This document shows, one piece after another, positions 27,223 through 35,638 of a stretch of DNA of 64,000 nt. A program made the translations under genes and the position numbers. The stretch is from Kiritimatiellia bacterium (GTDB lineage: Bacteria > Verrucomicrobiota > Kiritimatiellia > RFP12 > UBA1067): positions 5,404 through 69,403 of the forward strand of contig JAZTWW010000036.1 in the NCBI GenBank assembly GCA_045636065.1. The letters run 5' to 3'. Below the pieces are notes generated by a model. It saw only the letters and a program-made list of their open reading frames with translations, had not been told where the DNA came from and searched no databases. Numbering within the stretch: the first letter of the stretch is position 1; every line of letters starts with the position of its first letter.

Positions 27223-29021
27223 AACCCCAGCCCCTTCAAGTTCTTGTCGATGGACTTCATAAGCGCGGCAGATTCGTCTTGCAGTTTCAACAGCTCGGCG
27301 TGAATCTCCTTCATGCGCGACTTGAAATCAACCGTGTCCTTTGGCGGCGGCGGAACGCCCACGTAACTGCCGGGGTTGAGCGACCACTTCTTTGCTTCGA
27401 TGTCGGCAACCGCGGCAGATTTGCAAAGCCCGGGGGTGTCCTCGTAGGTTCCCTTTTCGCCGAACTTGGACACAAGCCAATCTCGCTCTGCGGCAAGTTC
27501 GTCGCGCTCTTTGCGGACGGCCTCGGCTTGCTCGGCTTTACGAAGAAGGTCTTTCTTCTCGTTCCGCCAACCCTTCTCCTTCGCCGCCTCGACCTTCTCT
27601 ACCTCAGCGCGGAACTTCGCCGGATCGCCTGCCGCCTTCACCTGCAAATCAAGCGCGGAAAGCGCCGCCTTGTAATCCTCCAGCAGCTTCGCGTACTTCT
27701 CCTTCTCGCCGCGCCAGAGCCAGCGGATCGCCGAGATATTCCGAATCTGCCACGGCGTCCACTCGTTGTGCGTCGTGTCGATCACATGGAAGTAATTCCG
27801 CATGTCGAGGAAAAGCACCTCGTTCTTCCGCGTCGCCGGCTTCTGCTTGTCAAAGAACCAAAGCGTACACGGCAGCGACTTCGTGAAGAAGAAGTTGTTG
27901 CCGACGCTCAGCATTGAATCGACATGTCCCGACTTGACGAGCTTCGAGCGGATCAGCTGCTCGTTGCCGTCCGCATCGGGAGCGGATGCCGCCATCACGA
28001 ATCCCGCCTTGCCGGTCGCGTTCAGGTAGGAATAGAAATACTGGATCCAAAGGTAGTTGCCGTTGGAAACGATGTCGTCCTTGTTCACGCCTGGAGAGCC
28101 GAAGACAAGCCGTGGATCGTTCAGGACCGACTTGCCCTTCAATCCGTGACAGTTGAACGGCGGATTCGCCATCACGTAGTTGCATTTGCCGCGCAGATGA
28201 TGGGCGTCATTGAAGAACGTGTTCGCGCCCTCTCCGTAGGCGATCTTCGACGGATCGAACCCGTGCACGGCCATGTTCATCAGACAGATCTTGCCGTTCG
28301 TATCCGTCTTTTCCTGTCCGAAGAACGTCAACAGCTGGTTCGCGTTCCCGCCCGACTCCGAAACGAAGTCGCCGGACGAAATGAACATGCCGCCCGATCC
28401 GCAAGCTGGATCCAGCACGATGCCCTTCTTCGGTTCCAGGAAGCTCACGATCAGCCGTACGATCGGTTTCGGCGTGAAGAACACGCCATCATCACTCGCC
28501 ACCTGCGGTGCAAAGCATCCGAGGAAGTATTCGTAGATACGCCCGAACGCGTCATCGCCCAACTTGGAAATCTTCTCGTCCGCGAAGTTCCGCAAGAGCC
28601 CACGCAGCAAGTCCGGCGTCAGCTGATTGTAGGTCTTGGGAAGAACGCCCTTCAACACCGGCATCGCATCCTCAATCGCCTTCATCGCATCATTGACCGC
28701 CTTGCAGATATCGGCATTCTCAGGGAGCCCCGTCAGATAGTCGTACCGCGCATTCTCCGGTACGAACATGGCGGACTCCTTGATGAAGTCATCCGCCCGC
28801 ACCGGCCGCGGCACTCCATTCCGACACGGCCAGTTCTTCGACTCCTTAAGCTTCTTCTCAATCAGCCGGAACCGAAACGTCGCATGCCGCAGAAATATGA
28901 TGCCCAGTACCGGCATGTAATACATCTGCGATGTGAGCGACGACTCATTTCTCAGCGAGTCCGCCGTCTCCCACAGGCTCTTCTCCAACTCATCCAACGA
29001 TGTCTGCTGTTCAGTTGTCAT
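27219..29021 (-). CDS. hsdM: type I R-M N6-adenine DNA methyltransferase subunit
   Basis: HsdM N-domain, motif I VLDPACGSGGMF, motif IV MANPPFN. Confidence 0.92.
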   Translation of the reverse strand: MTTEQQTSLDELEKSLWETADSLRNESSLTSQMYYMPVLGIIFLRHATFRFRLIEKKLKESKNWPCRNGVPRPVRADDFIKESAMFVPENARYDYLTGLPENADICKAVNDAMKAIEDAMPVLKGVLPKTYNQLTPDLLRGLLRNFADEKISKLGDDAFGRIYEYFLGCFAPQVASDDGVFFTPKPIVRLIVSFLEPKKGIVLDPACGSGGMFISSGDFVSESGGNANQLLTFFGQEKTDTNGKICLMNMAVHGFDPSKIAYGEGANTFFNDAHHLRGKCNYVMANPPFNCHGLKGKSVLNDPRLVFGSPGVNKDDIVSNGNYLWIQYFYSYLNATGKAGFVMAASAPDADGNEQLIRSKLVKSGHVDSMLSVGNNFFFTKSLPCTLWFFDKQKPATRKNEVLFLDMRNYFHVIDTTHNEWTPWQIRNISAIRWLWRGEKEKYAKLLEDYKAALSALDLQVKAAGDPAKFRAEVEKVEAAKEKGWRNEKKDLLRKAEQAEAVRKERDELAAERDWLVSKFGEKGTYEDTPGLCKSAAVADIEAKKWSLNPGSYVGVPPPPKDTVDFKSRMKEIHAELLKLQDESAALMKSIDKNLKGLGL

Positions 29022-29043
29022 TGCATCACTTTCTCAAATTTGG

Positions 29044-30702
29044 TCAACTCCAATCTCTTGGATTTATGCCATTGGCAGCAGCCGTCTTCTTGAACATTAT
29101 TTTCAACCCCGCTGTAAATCTCGCGACCGCCTGCTGATTTGATGAATCCGCGACCCAAAACCTCATCAACTCAATAAAAAAAGGTTCATACCTGCTCCAA
29201 ATCGCTTTTGTTTCAGCTCGGCGAACTCCTTCTGTACTCCTTCCCGATGCATGCAAATCACTTATCTTCCGTTCCATGGCCTCCCAATCGCTCTCAATCC
29301 TACTGAAATATGTCCGACTATAACCATTATTAGTAGCTGCAGGGGAATGCCAAAAAGTGTCTGCGCCACCATGACACAACCTCTTGCCATACTCGAATAG
29401 AAATTGCTCTGGAGATTTGTTATCACCAGGCAATACTATAAGATTGTTTGTAACATCCTGTTTTTTATCGCCATCCAAAACCGCAAAGGCAGTGGATTTC
29501 ACGGACAAGCACCCGTCTTTAAAAATCGTCTCAAGATTAGTTGCCCCAATGAAAGATCCGACGAAATGGAAATGTGTTCGCAAGTGCTCTATCCCTGATC
29601 CCCGACAGAAGATATGATCCAGCAAAACACCCAAAACGACCCTTGCCTCATCATCCTCTGCAAGCACCGGGATCTTCCGTCCCTCATACAAATCCCTGCG
29701 GGTACAATTCTTCAGATGCATCCTGATTTTAAACATATCAGGATCCGGCAATACACTTATATGATCAAGGTCGTCGATGAAGTATATAACATTGTCGCCC
29801 TTCGTCAGCACATCTTCTAGCAACGCAAGGCTATGCGTTGTACAAATGACTTGAATCTTATAGTCTGTTGCATATTTTCGCAGCAACTCGCACAGTTCAA
29901 TCTGCAAAGACGGATGAAGAGTAGCATCAAGCTCATCAATCAACAAAACGCTTTCTGTAAAACCTGTTTTAGTCGACAACTTCTCATAGTAATATCGCAG
30001 CGACACTAATGCACGCAAAATACATAATACATTATCCTCTCCCGATGAAATCGTGTTCGAATCTACACCCTGCACCGTTGTCTCAAATTCTTCACAGCAC
30101 TTCAATGATGCAACATTACTTACCACATGCTTTGCGCCCATCTCTATTCGGGTCAACCGCTTATATAGGTCCGCCAGCTCATTGTTATATTCCACAGGCA
30201 ACTGTTTTCCAACGCGTCTGGTTGCAACATCATCCGCCAGCTCTCCTCGCGGAAGCAATCGAGGCAAGCCCAAATAGATCACTGGCATCTCAGGCAACTT
30301 CTCATGGGTTCCTGGCGCATAATTTGGTTTTACCGCAAAGCGAAAATTCTGATCTGACCTGTGTCGTCTAAAATTCAAAGCCAACCCATTCTCGTAGTTG
30401 ATTGTAAACAACGTGCCCACAATACCACGCGCTGGGTCACGATATTTTTTATCGCCCCGAACCAACGATTCAATTTTGCAATTCATCCCAGCATTGATAC
30501 GGGCAATGATGCTGACACACGCGCCGTCAAGCATTCGAGGATTCGCCGACTGCTTAGCTCGCTTGTACGCATTACTAATCATATGTAAAACAGAACTTTT
30601 ACAAGTTCCGTTTGTGCCTGATATAATATTCACGCCCGGACAAAAGTCCAAATCCAAGCCCTTCAGCTTGCGATATTGCACAATTGACAATTTCGAAATC
30701 AT
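29044..30702 (-). CDS. OLD/GajA-like ABC-type ATPase with C-terminal TOPRIM-like region (solo, no helicase partner)
   Basis: Walker A GTNGTCKSS, ABC-signature-like SGEDNV, Walker B/D-loop LLIDELDATLHP, H-loop ICTTHS. The C-terminal ~200 aa has an acidic Glu motif (IPVLAEDDEARVV) and a DxD motif (AFAVLDGDKK) spaced as in TOPRIM. 552 aa matches class 1 OLD/GajA length. Confidence 0.6.
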   Translation of the reverse strand: MISKLSIVQYRKLKGLDLDFCPGVNIISGTNGTCKSSVLHMISNAYKRAKQSANPRMLDGACVSIIARINAGMNCKIESLVRGDKKYRDPARGIVGTLFTINYENGLALNFRRHRSDQNFRFAVKPNYAPGTHEKLPEMPVIYLGLPRLLPRGELADDVATRRVGKQLPVEYNNELADLYKRLTRIEMGAKHVVSNVASLKCCEEFETTVQGVDSNTISSGEDNVLCILRALVSLRYYYEKLSTKTGFTESVLLIDELDATLHPSLQIELCELLRKYATDYKIQVICTTHSLALLEDVLTKGDNVIYFIDDLDHISVLPDPDMFKIRMHLKNCTRRDLYEGRKIPVLAEDDEARVVLGVLLDHIFCRGSGIEHLRTHFHFVGSFIGATNLETIFKDGCLSVKSTAFAVLDGDKKQDVTNNLIVLPGDNKSPEQFLFEYGKRLCHGGADTFWHSPAATNNGYSRTYFSRIESDWEAMERKISDLHASGRSTEGVRRAETKAIWSRYEPFFIELMRFWVADSSNQQAVARFTAGLKIMFKKTAAANGINPRDWS

Positions 30703-30720
30703 TTCAACCTCGCTTCCTCA

Positions 30721-31590
30721 TCAGATGAAAAGTCTATCCATCCCAACACGACGAACTTCGGACATTGTAGGAATCAACTCTTTTCGCCCGAAAAACATCA
30801 CTTCTTTCCCGTTCCCATTGTTTGCCAAACTATAGTTGAGCGTAAACTTTCTGCTGGGAAGTCCCTTGTAAATCTTGCATATCTGCGGCACGTCATCATA
30901 CGAAACGATCCAAGGGCACGTAACATCTGACTTGATCTTGGCACACAAAGCCTGATGTTTCTTCTCATCAAAGAAATTCTGATACAAGTCTTTCCCCTTA
31001 CGGTAATACGGGGGGTCAAAATAGACAAAAGCGTTTGCCTCAAACTGTTTAAGCTGCCTGGAAATAAAGCTCTCCACGTCTCTGTTGAACACATGGATTT
31101 GCTTTCTCTTTCGTCCGATCGCTTCTATCTTTTTTGATAAGTCATTCTTCGGATAACGCACATCAAGTTTCCACGCGCCCTGCTCCATTCCCCCAATCGG
31201 TCCCGAAGATAAAATACCCGAATGATTTGTGCGATTCAAAAAGAAAGTCGCAAAGCCATATTCCAATGCGTATTTCTTCCCCGTCAGGTAAATCTCTCGT
31301 TGCTTCTTCCATTCATCAAGTGTGACGGGGGTACTATGAAGCATATCAATAAATGCATCATTCTCTTGTACAACAGCCTTCCAGAACGAATAAATTGCGG
31401 GATCCGAATCGTTGATCACAATTTCAGAGACAACATCACGCAAAAGCAAATCTATCGCTATTCCAGCACCTCCAGCGAACGGCTCAACATACACAGAACA
31501 ATTATCACCGGACTTGTTTACCAACAACTCAATGAGTTTGCTGATTTTATATTTTCCACCGGGATATCGTAGTGGTGACGGATTACCCAT
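30721..31590 (-). CDS. D12-class (Dam-like) N6-adenine DNA methyltransferase
   Basis: YPGGK (Dam K-WAGGK equivalent), motif I EPFAGGAGI, FFLNRTNHSG (Dam NRTxFNG region), motif IV VYFDPPYY. Confidence 0.85.
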   Translation of the reverse strand: MGNPSPLRYPGGKYKISKLIELLVNKSGDNCSVYVEPFAGGAGIAIDLLLRDVVSEIVINDSDPAIYSFWKAVVQENDAFIDMLHSTPVTLDEWKKQREIYLTGKKYALEYGFATFFLNRTNHSGILSSGPIGGMEQGAWKLDVRYPKNDLSKKIEAIGRKRKQIHVFNRDVESFISRQLKQFEANAFVYFDPPYYRKGKDLYQNFFDEKKHQALCAKIKSDVTCPWIVSYDDVPQICKIYKGLPSRKFTLNYSLANNGNGKEVMFFGRKELIPTMSEVRRVGMDRLFI

Positions 31591-32878
31591 TGCTCGCTCC
31601 CCTTTCTCTCTTGCAGTGAAGTCTTAACAGCCCGCCAACAATCAAAGACATCGCAATCGTTTGCGCAAGATTATAACTCCCCGTGTAATTATGTGCGCCC
31701 GTCTGCAACAACCCAACGATGTTGCTTTTAGTGACGGCATTTTGCGCCAAGAAAGTTTTTTGGTCCTGCGAAAGCGATGCCTTGGCATCATCAAAGCCAT
31801 TCATCACCAATGCACTCATGTCGCGAGAGGACGAACACTTTGCAATCAACTCGCACTCCAAGCGCAATGCCATACGGATAAGTGCAGGGAATCGATCCGA
31901 TAAATTGTCTTTATGCTTTTCATAGTAATTATACAAGTCCAGAATATCGCGATACAAATTTGCCGGCTCACCAACATCCAAATCTAATTTTCCGCCGAAG
32001 AGAGCCATTGACGAAGAGCCAACCCTCCTAGGCAATCGTGCAGCCTGTTGTGCATCCGTGGAGGAAACATTTAAACATTGAAAATCATCTGACTTCAAAT
32101 CAACGTCATGATATTCTTTATCTGCGTCAGCATCAACAATGGCCTTCAACTTTGGATCAATCAAAACGCAAAGCGGCTCTTTGCGCCCATTTCGCGTACT
32201 AATCCTCTTGTCTTTTACCAGAGAAAAAATGTGCTCTAACAGCCTCTGCGTATCCTTGGCATTATGCCGAGACGAGACGCGTCCCTTTTCAATCTTTATG
32301 CCGATGCTTTTCATCCTCGGATTCGTCAGCACCTCTTCGCGCACAAATCGCTGATTTAGATAACTCGTCGCCTCAACCCTTCCATCCAACATTTCATTCA
32401 ATTGCAGCAACACACTCTTGGGTTGCTTCATGAATTTATACAGGAACACATCACGCGCTATCTGATCCCACGAGCCTGTATCCGCATGTTTACGCCAAAC
32501 ACTCTCAATAGCAACATCCTCAGATGCCACACAACAAGGCAAAACCTCAGGGCAATCTGGCATCTTGAATTTCAAGTCACAAAACTCAGGATACAACCCC
32601 AACTTAAGCATCGCAAGGATTACACGCCTATTCCCATCATAAACGATTGGCGCACCATTCTTGTAAACAACCGTGGGCAATTCGCTGAAATCATAACGTG
32701 CCCCCATCTTCTTCGCGAGTTTCTTGATCTCCCACTTCTTACCCGCATCAACAAGCGCATGCCGGATGACAGTCTCATTTTTACTCCTTGACGAAATGGG
32801 GTCACGTGGATTCTCCGTCCAAAGAACCAAATCCCTGACAGGGATTTTCTCTACAGTCTGTTTTTCTTGATTATCCAT
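31583..32878 (-). CDS. ParB/Srx-fold (ParBc-like) N-terminal domain protein with ~320-aa unknown C-terminal region
   Basis: IPVRDLVLWTENPRDPI...VYDGNRRVILAMLKLG matches ParB (P..NPR...iaGeRRlrAa). The start codon overlaps the Dam gene end by 8 nt. Start set at an ATG (the track start is a TTG 4 codons upstream). Confidence 0.6.
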   Translation of the reverse strand: MDNQEKQTVEKIPVRDLVLWTENPRDPISSRSKNETVIRHALVDAGKKWEIKKLAKKMGARYDFSELPTVVYKNGAPIVYDGNRRVILAMLKLGLYPEFCDLKFKMPDCPEVLPCCVASEDVAIESVWRKHADTGSWDQIARDVFLYKFMKQPKSVLLQLNEMLDGRVEATSYLNQRFVREEVLTNPRMKSIGIKIEKGRVSSRHNAKDTQRLLEHIFSLVKDKRISTRNGRKEPLCVLIDPKLKAIVDADADKEYHDVDLKSDDFQCLNVSSTDAQQAARLPRRVGSSSMALFGGKLDLDVGEPANLYRDILDLYNYYEKHKDNLSDRFPALIRMALRLECELIAKCSSSRDMSALVMNGFDDAKASLSQDQKTFLAQNAVTKSNIVGLLQTGAHNYTGSYNLAQTIAMSLIVGGLLRLHCKRERGASNG

Positions 32879-32905
32879 ACAGTGATCCAATTATGGTGTT
32901 TATAA

Positions 32906-33475
32906 TTATAACATTTTAATGGTGGGGAGCACGAGATGATGGGCAATCTTCGCGCGAGCGAGGAACATCAAATCGACAATCCCGACGAATCGCGCTTTGA
33001 CATATTCCTGCCAGGTCTTGCCTTTGGGAAATTTTATGTTGCCCTTGCCACAGGTCGATTCCCAGCCGAACTCTGTTCCGGGATCAAACTTGACGACTTC
33101 AGCGCTGAACGGACTAGAATCAGGCTTCTTCCTCCCGAACCAAGCGACATCAACAAGGTTGTTCTGCTTGTTGCAAATCCATGACGGAGTAAAGACCTCT
33201 GAACGTTTCACCACGCGCTGACGCTGCTCCTCGGCGCTCTTGTCGACACGCGGACGGATCACGGGATTGTCCTTGTCGACAATCTGCTCTATCCGAATCT
33301 CGTCACCGGCACCGAATCCCTTGCCGCGCTCAGCATAGTCATCCGTCGCCCAAATAAGGTTTCGCCACGTCGATCGGTCTTTCAAGAGTACGGCAAGCAC
33401 TTCTTCTGGAATGTTCCATTCCAGAATGTCGCGGCCAAAGCCGCTTGTCCCCTTTGTGTTTTGCTTAATCATCAT
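32906..33475 (-). CDS. hypothetical protein (possible degenerate gamma-class MTase N-terminal fragment)
   Basis: SEVFTPSWICNKQNNLVD resembles MTase motif X (GxVyTPxxiVxxMv). KFDPGTEFGW is at most a degenerate motif I. No other motifs were found. Confidence 0.4.
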   Translation of the reverse strand: MMIKQNTKGTSGFGRDILEWNIPEEVLAVLLKDRSTWRNLIWATDDYAERGKGFGAGDEIRIEQIVDKDNPVIRPRVDKSAEEQRQRVVKRSEVFTPSWICNKQNNLVDVAWFGRKKPDSSPFSAEVVKFDPGTEFGWESTCGKGNIKFPKGKTWQEYVKARFVGIVDLMFLARAKIAHHLVLPTIKML

Positions 33476-33483
33476 TTCTAGGT

Positions 33484-33496
33484 TAATATTATACCA
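33484..33496 (-). promoter_or_regulatory. putative extended -10 (TGGTATAAT) overlapping the ORF6N stop, upstream of the 32906-33475 gene
   Basis: Minus strand caggaaTGGTATAATatt. The -10 is at plus 33488-33493, only about 12 nt before the ATG (near-leaderless). Confidence 0.35.
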
Positions 33497-34448
33497 TTCC
33501 TGTCGTTTTTACGCCCACCACAAACACTGACTTCTTGATGCGGCGAATATCGGCGGAATCTAGCTTCGTGAAGGCGAAGCACTTCTTGCCGAGGTCTTTC
33601 AGCGATGCGCCTATCAGGTAGAGTTCCTTGTCATCGACGATGAGAAAGCGGTCATGGAACGATTCATTGTAGCGAACGGAGAGCTCCGGGTATTGGGCGT
33701 TGAAGGTCTTGATATCGGCATCGGAAATCTTGCGGTGCGGCATGTGCTTCTTGTCGTAATGCTCCGACGTGAAGACCGTCACCTTCACGCCCTTGCGCTT
33801 CTTCGCGAAGAGGTCGAGCACCTCCGTCGTCGCCCAGTTGTCGATGAGCATCAGCGAACTCTTCGCTCCAGCGACCAGCTTCAGCACCAACGCCCGCGCA
33901 TCCCACAGCTGCCCGTCGTAAAACACGCCCTGAATAGGCGTTTCAGTCGCGTCAATGCGCTGCAGGATGGAATCTACTTTCGCATCCGTGGCAATCTGCC
34001 GCTTCTCCACCGCCTCGATTCGCTGAAACATCTGCGCGTTCGCAAGCAAGAACCGACGCATCGCAGAGAAGGCCCGCATAATGCGGATGTTCACTTCGAT
34101 GGCCGTAGGCGAACGGAGGACGCTGCTCAACATGGCAATACCATTTTCCGTAAAAGCGTATGGGAGCTGACGATCACCGCCCCAACTTGAGATGCCATTT
34201 TGGCATTTCAAGTTATCCCATTCTTCGGCGGACAGTCTGAACATGAAGTCCTCCGGGAATCGCTCTTCGTTGCGCTTGACCTGCCTGTTCAACGCCCCGG
34301 TCGCCACGCCATACAACCTTGCCACATCGCGATCAAGTATGACCTGCACTCCTCGAATAGGCTTGATCAACGCCTGAATGTTGCCCGTATCACTCACGAC
34401 AACAGCCTGTACTTGCTGACCGGAAATGGCATTCCCATTCTGCCTCAT
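33489..34448 (-). CDS. ORF6N (KilA-N-like) domain protein with unknown C-terminal domain
   Basis: IRGVQVILDRDVARLYGVATGALNRQVKRNEERFPEDFMFRLSAEEWDNL is a typical ORF6N/Rha-like N-domain. Start set at the ATG 34448 (AAAGGAGG RBS 5 nt upstream). Confidence 0.65.
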   Translation of the reverse strand: MRQNGNAISGQQVQAVVVSDTGNIQALIKPIRGVQVILDRDVARLYGVATGALNRQVKRNEERFPEDFMFRLSAEEWDNLKCQNGISSWGGDRQLPYAFTENGIAMLSSVLRSPTAIEVNIRIMRAFSAMRRFLLANAQMFQRIEAVEKRQIATDAKVDSILQRIDATETPIQGVFYDGQLWDARALVLKLVAGAKSSLMLIDNWATTEVLDLFAKKRKGVKVTVFTSEHYDKKHMPHRKISDADIKTFNAQYPELSVRYNESFHDRFLIVDDKELYLIGASLKDLGKKCFAFTKLDSADIRRIKKSVFVVGVKTTGMV

Positions 34449-34596
34449 GCCGCCTCCTTTACATCCGCAATCCGCTTGAGCAGCAGACAACTGGACTTAT
34501 CGCAATTTGCGACAAGTTCATACGTTTCAAGCCGCACGTCTGGCCGGACGGTCCCGTTCGGCTGGTCCACGGCAATCTGGGTTTCGCTTGCGCTCA
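34446..34596 (-). CDS. possible 49-aa upstream ORF translationally coupled (ATGA) to the ORF6N gene
   Basis: MSASETQIAVDQPNGTVRPDVRLETYELVANCDKSSCLLLKRIADVKEAA. Its stop overlaps the ORF6N start. A TTTGGTATAAT -10 lies 16 nt upstream of its ATG. Confidence 0.3.
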
Positions 34597-34604
34597 TTTG
34601 GGCT

Positions 34605-34640
34605 TTCCTTCTGGCGAATATTATACCAAATTACGCGCTA
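34605..34640 (-). promoter_or_regulatory. putative operon promoter (extended -10 TTTGGTATAAT) at the right edge of the defence island
   Basis: Minus strand aaTTTGGTATAATattcgccag. The -10 is at plus 34612-34617. It is the first promoter-like element upstream of the co-directional gene string from 34596 down to 20345. Confidence 0.45.
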
Positions 34641-34700
34641 TGGCGCAACGAGCGCAATCGGTCGGCGACGGGGGTGGAGGCGAGGGGAAAGGGGATCTGG

Positions 34701-35564
34701 CTATGGCTTGAGATGCGAGAGCTTTTCGGAGATTGACTTGAGAAGTTCGCCCTGCTCGCGCAGGAGGGTGTCGCGCGCGGCCTCCCTCGCTTCACGCGCA
34801 GCCTTTTCCTTGGCATCCTTGTCCTTAGTCATCCTCTCCATAAGCCCTGACGATATGATGCCCGTGGGGATGGCGACCGCAGCAAGGCCGGAGAAGGCGA
34901 TGAACGCCCCGATTAAGCGGCCGATGGCGGTTACCGGGTAGATGTCACCGTAACCGACGGTCGTAAGCGTAGCTACGGCCCACCAGAGCCCCGAGAATGC
35001 GTTTCTGAACACCTCCGGCTGCACCCGGTGTTCGGCGGAATACATGAGAAGCGAGGACATCAGCATCAGAATCGCCACGAAAAAGAGCGATCCTAGAAGC
35101 TCGCGCTTCTTGGCCGCCATCACCTCGCCAAGCGATTTCATCGCGTCGAAATAGCGGTTGAGCTTGAATATCCTGAGAAGCCGCACAAGCCGAAGCGCCC
35201 TTATACCGAGCATGGTCCCTGGCAGGAACATCGGTAGCCAGAACGGCAGGATCGAGACAAGATCCACTATCGCCATCGGCGAAATCACATATCTGAGGCG
35301 CGACGCCAGAACGCCGCTTTCCGGATAGAGGAAATCGGCCGTCAAGATCCTAAGGGCGTATTCGATCGTAAATACGATCGATACCACCCCTTCAACTAGC
35401 ACAAGGACTTCGATCACCTCCGGCTCAAGATCGAAGGTGGATGCAAACACGATCGCGACGCTCGCCATGATAAGCGTCGTTATAACCCAGTCGAAAGCCC
35501 TGCTCAGGAGCGATTTCCCCTCGTCCGGCTCGACTATCTCGTAGATCTTCCTGCGGCATTCCAT
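34701..35564 (-). CDS. potassium channel (voltage-gated/Kch-like ion transport protein)
   Basis: K+ selectivity filter TVGYGD and an S4-like basic segment (RALRLVRLLRIFKL). Confidence 0.85.
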   Translation of the reverse strand: MECRRKIYEIVEPDEGKSLLSRAFDWVITTLIMASVAIVFASTFDLEPEVIEVLVLVEGVVSIVFTIEYALRILTADFLYPESGVLASRLRYVISPMAIVDLVSILPFWLPMFLPGTMLGIRALRLVRLLRIFKLNRYFDAMKSLGEVMAAKKRELLGSLFFVAILMLMSSLLMYSAEHRVQPEVFRNAFSGLWWAVATLTTVGYGDIYPVTAIGRLIGAFIAFSGLAAVAIPTGIISSGLMERMTKDKDAKEKAAREAREAARDTLLREQGELLKSISEKLSHLKP

Positions 35565-35638
35565 CTCTTTTACCCTTTCCTTTAAAATCCTGGCCTATCC
35601 GCCCTAAAGCCCCATCTCCGCACGATTGCGCGACGCCA

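Noticed and set aside
19440-34690. Integrase, transposase or IS element delimiting the island
   Set aside because: None of the ORFs in or next to the island shows recombinase or transposase motifs, and no terminal inverted repeats were seen.
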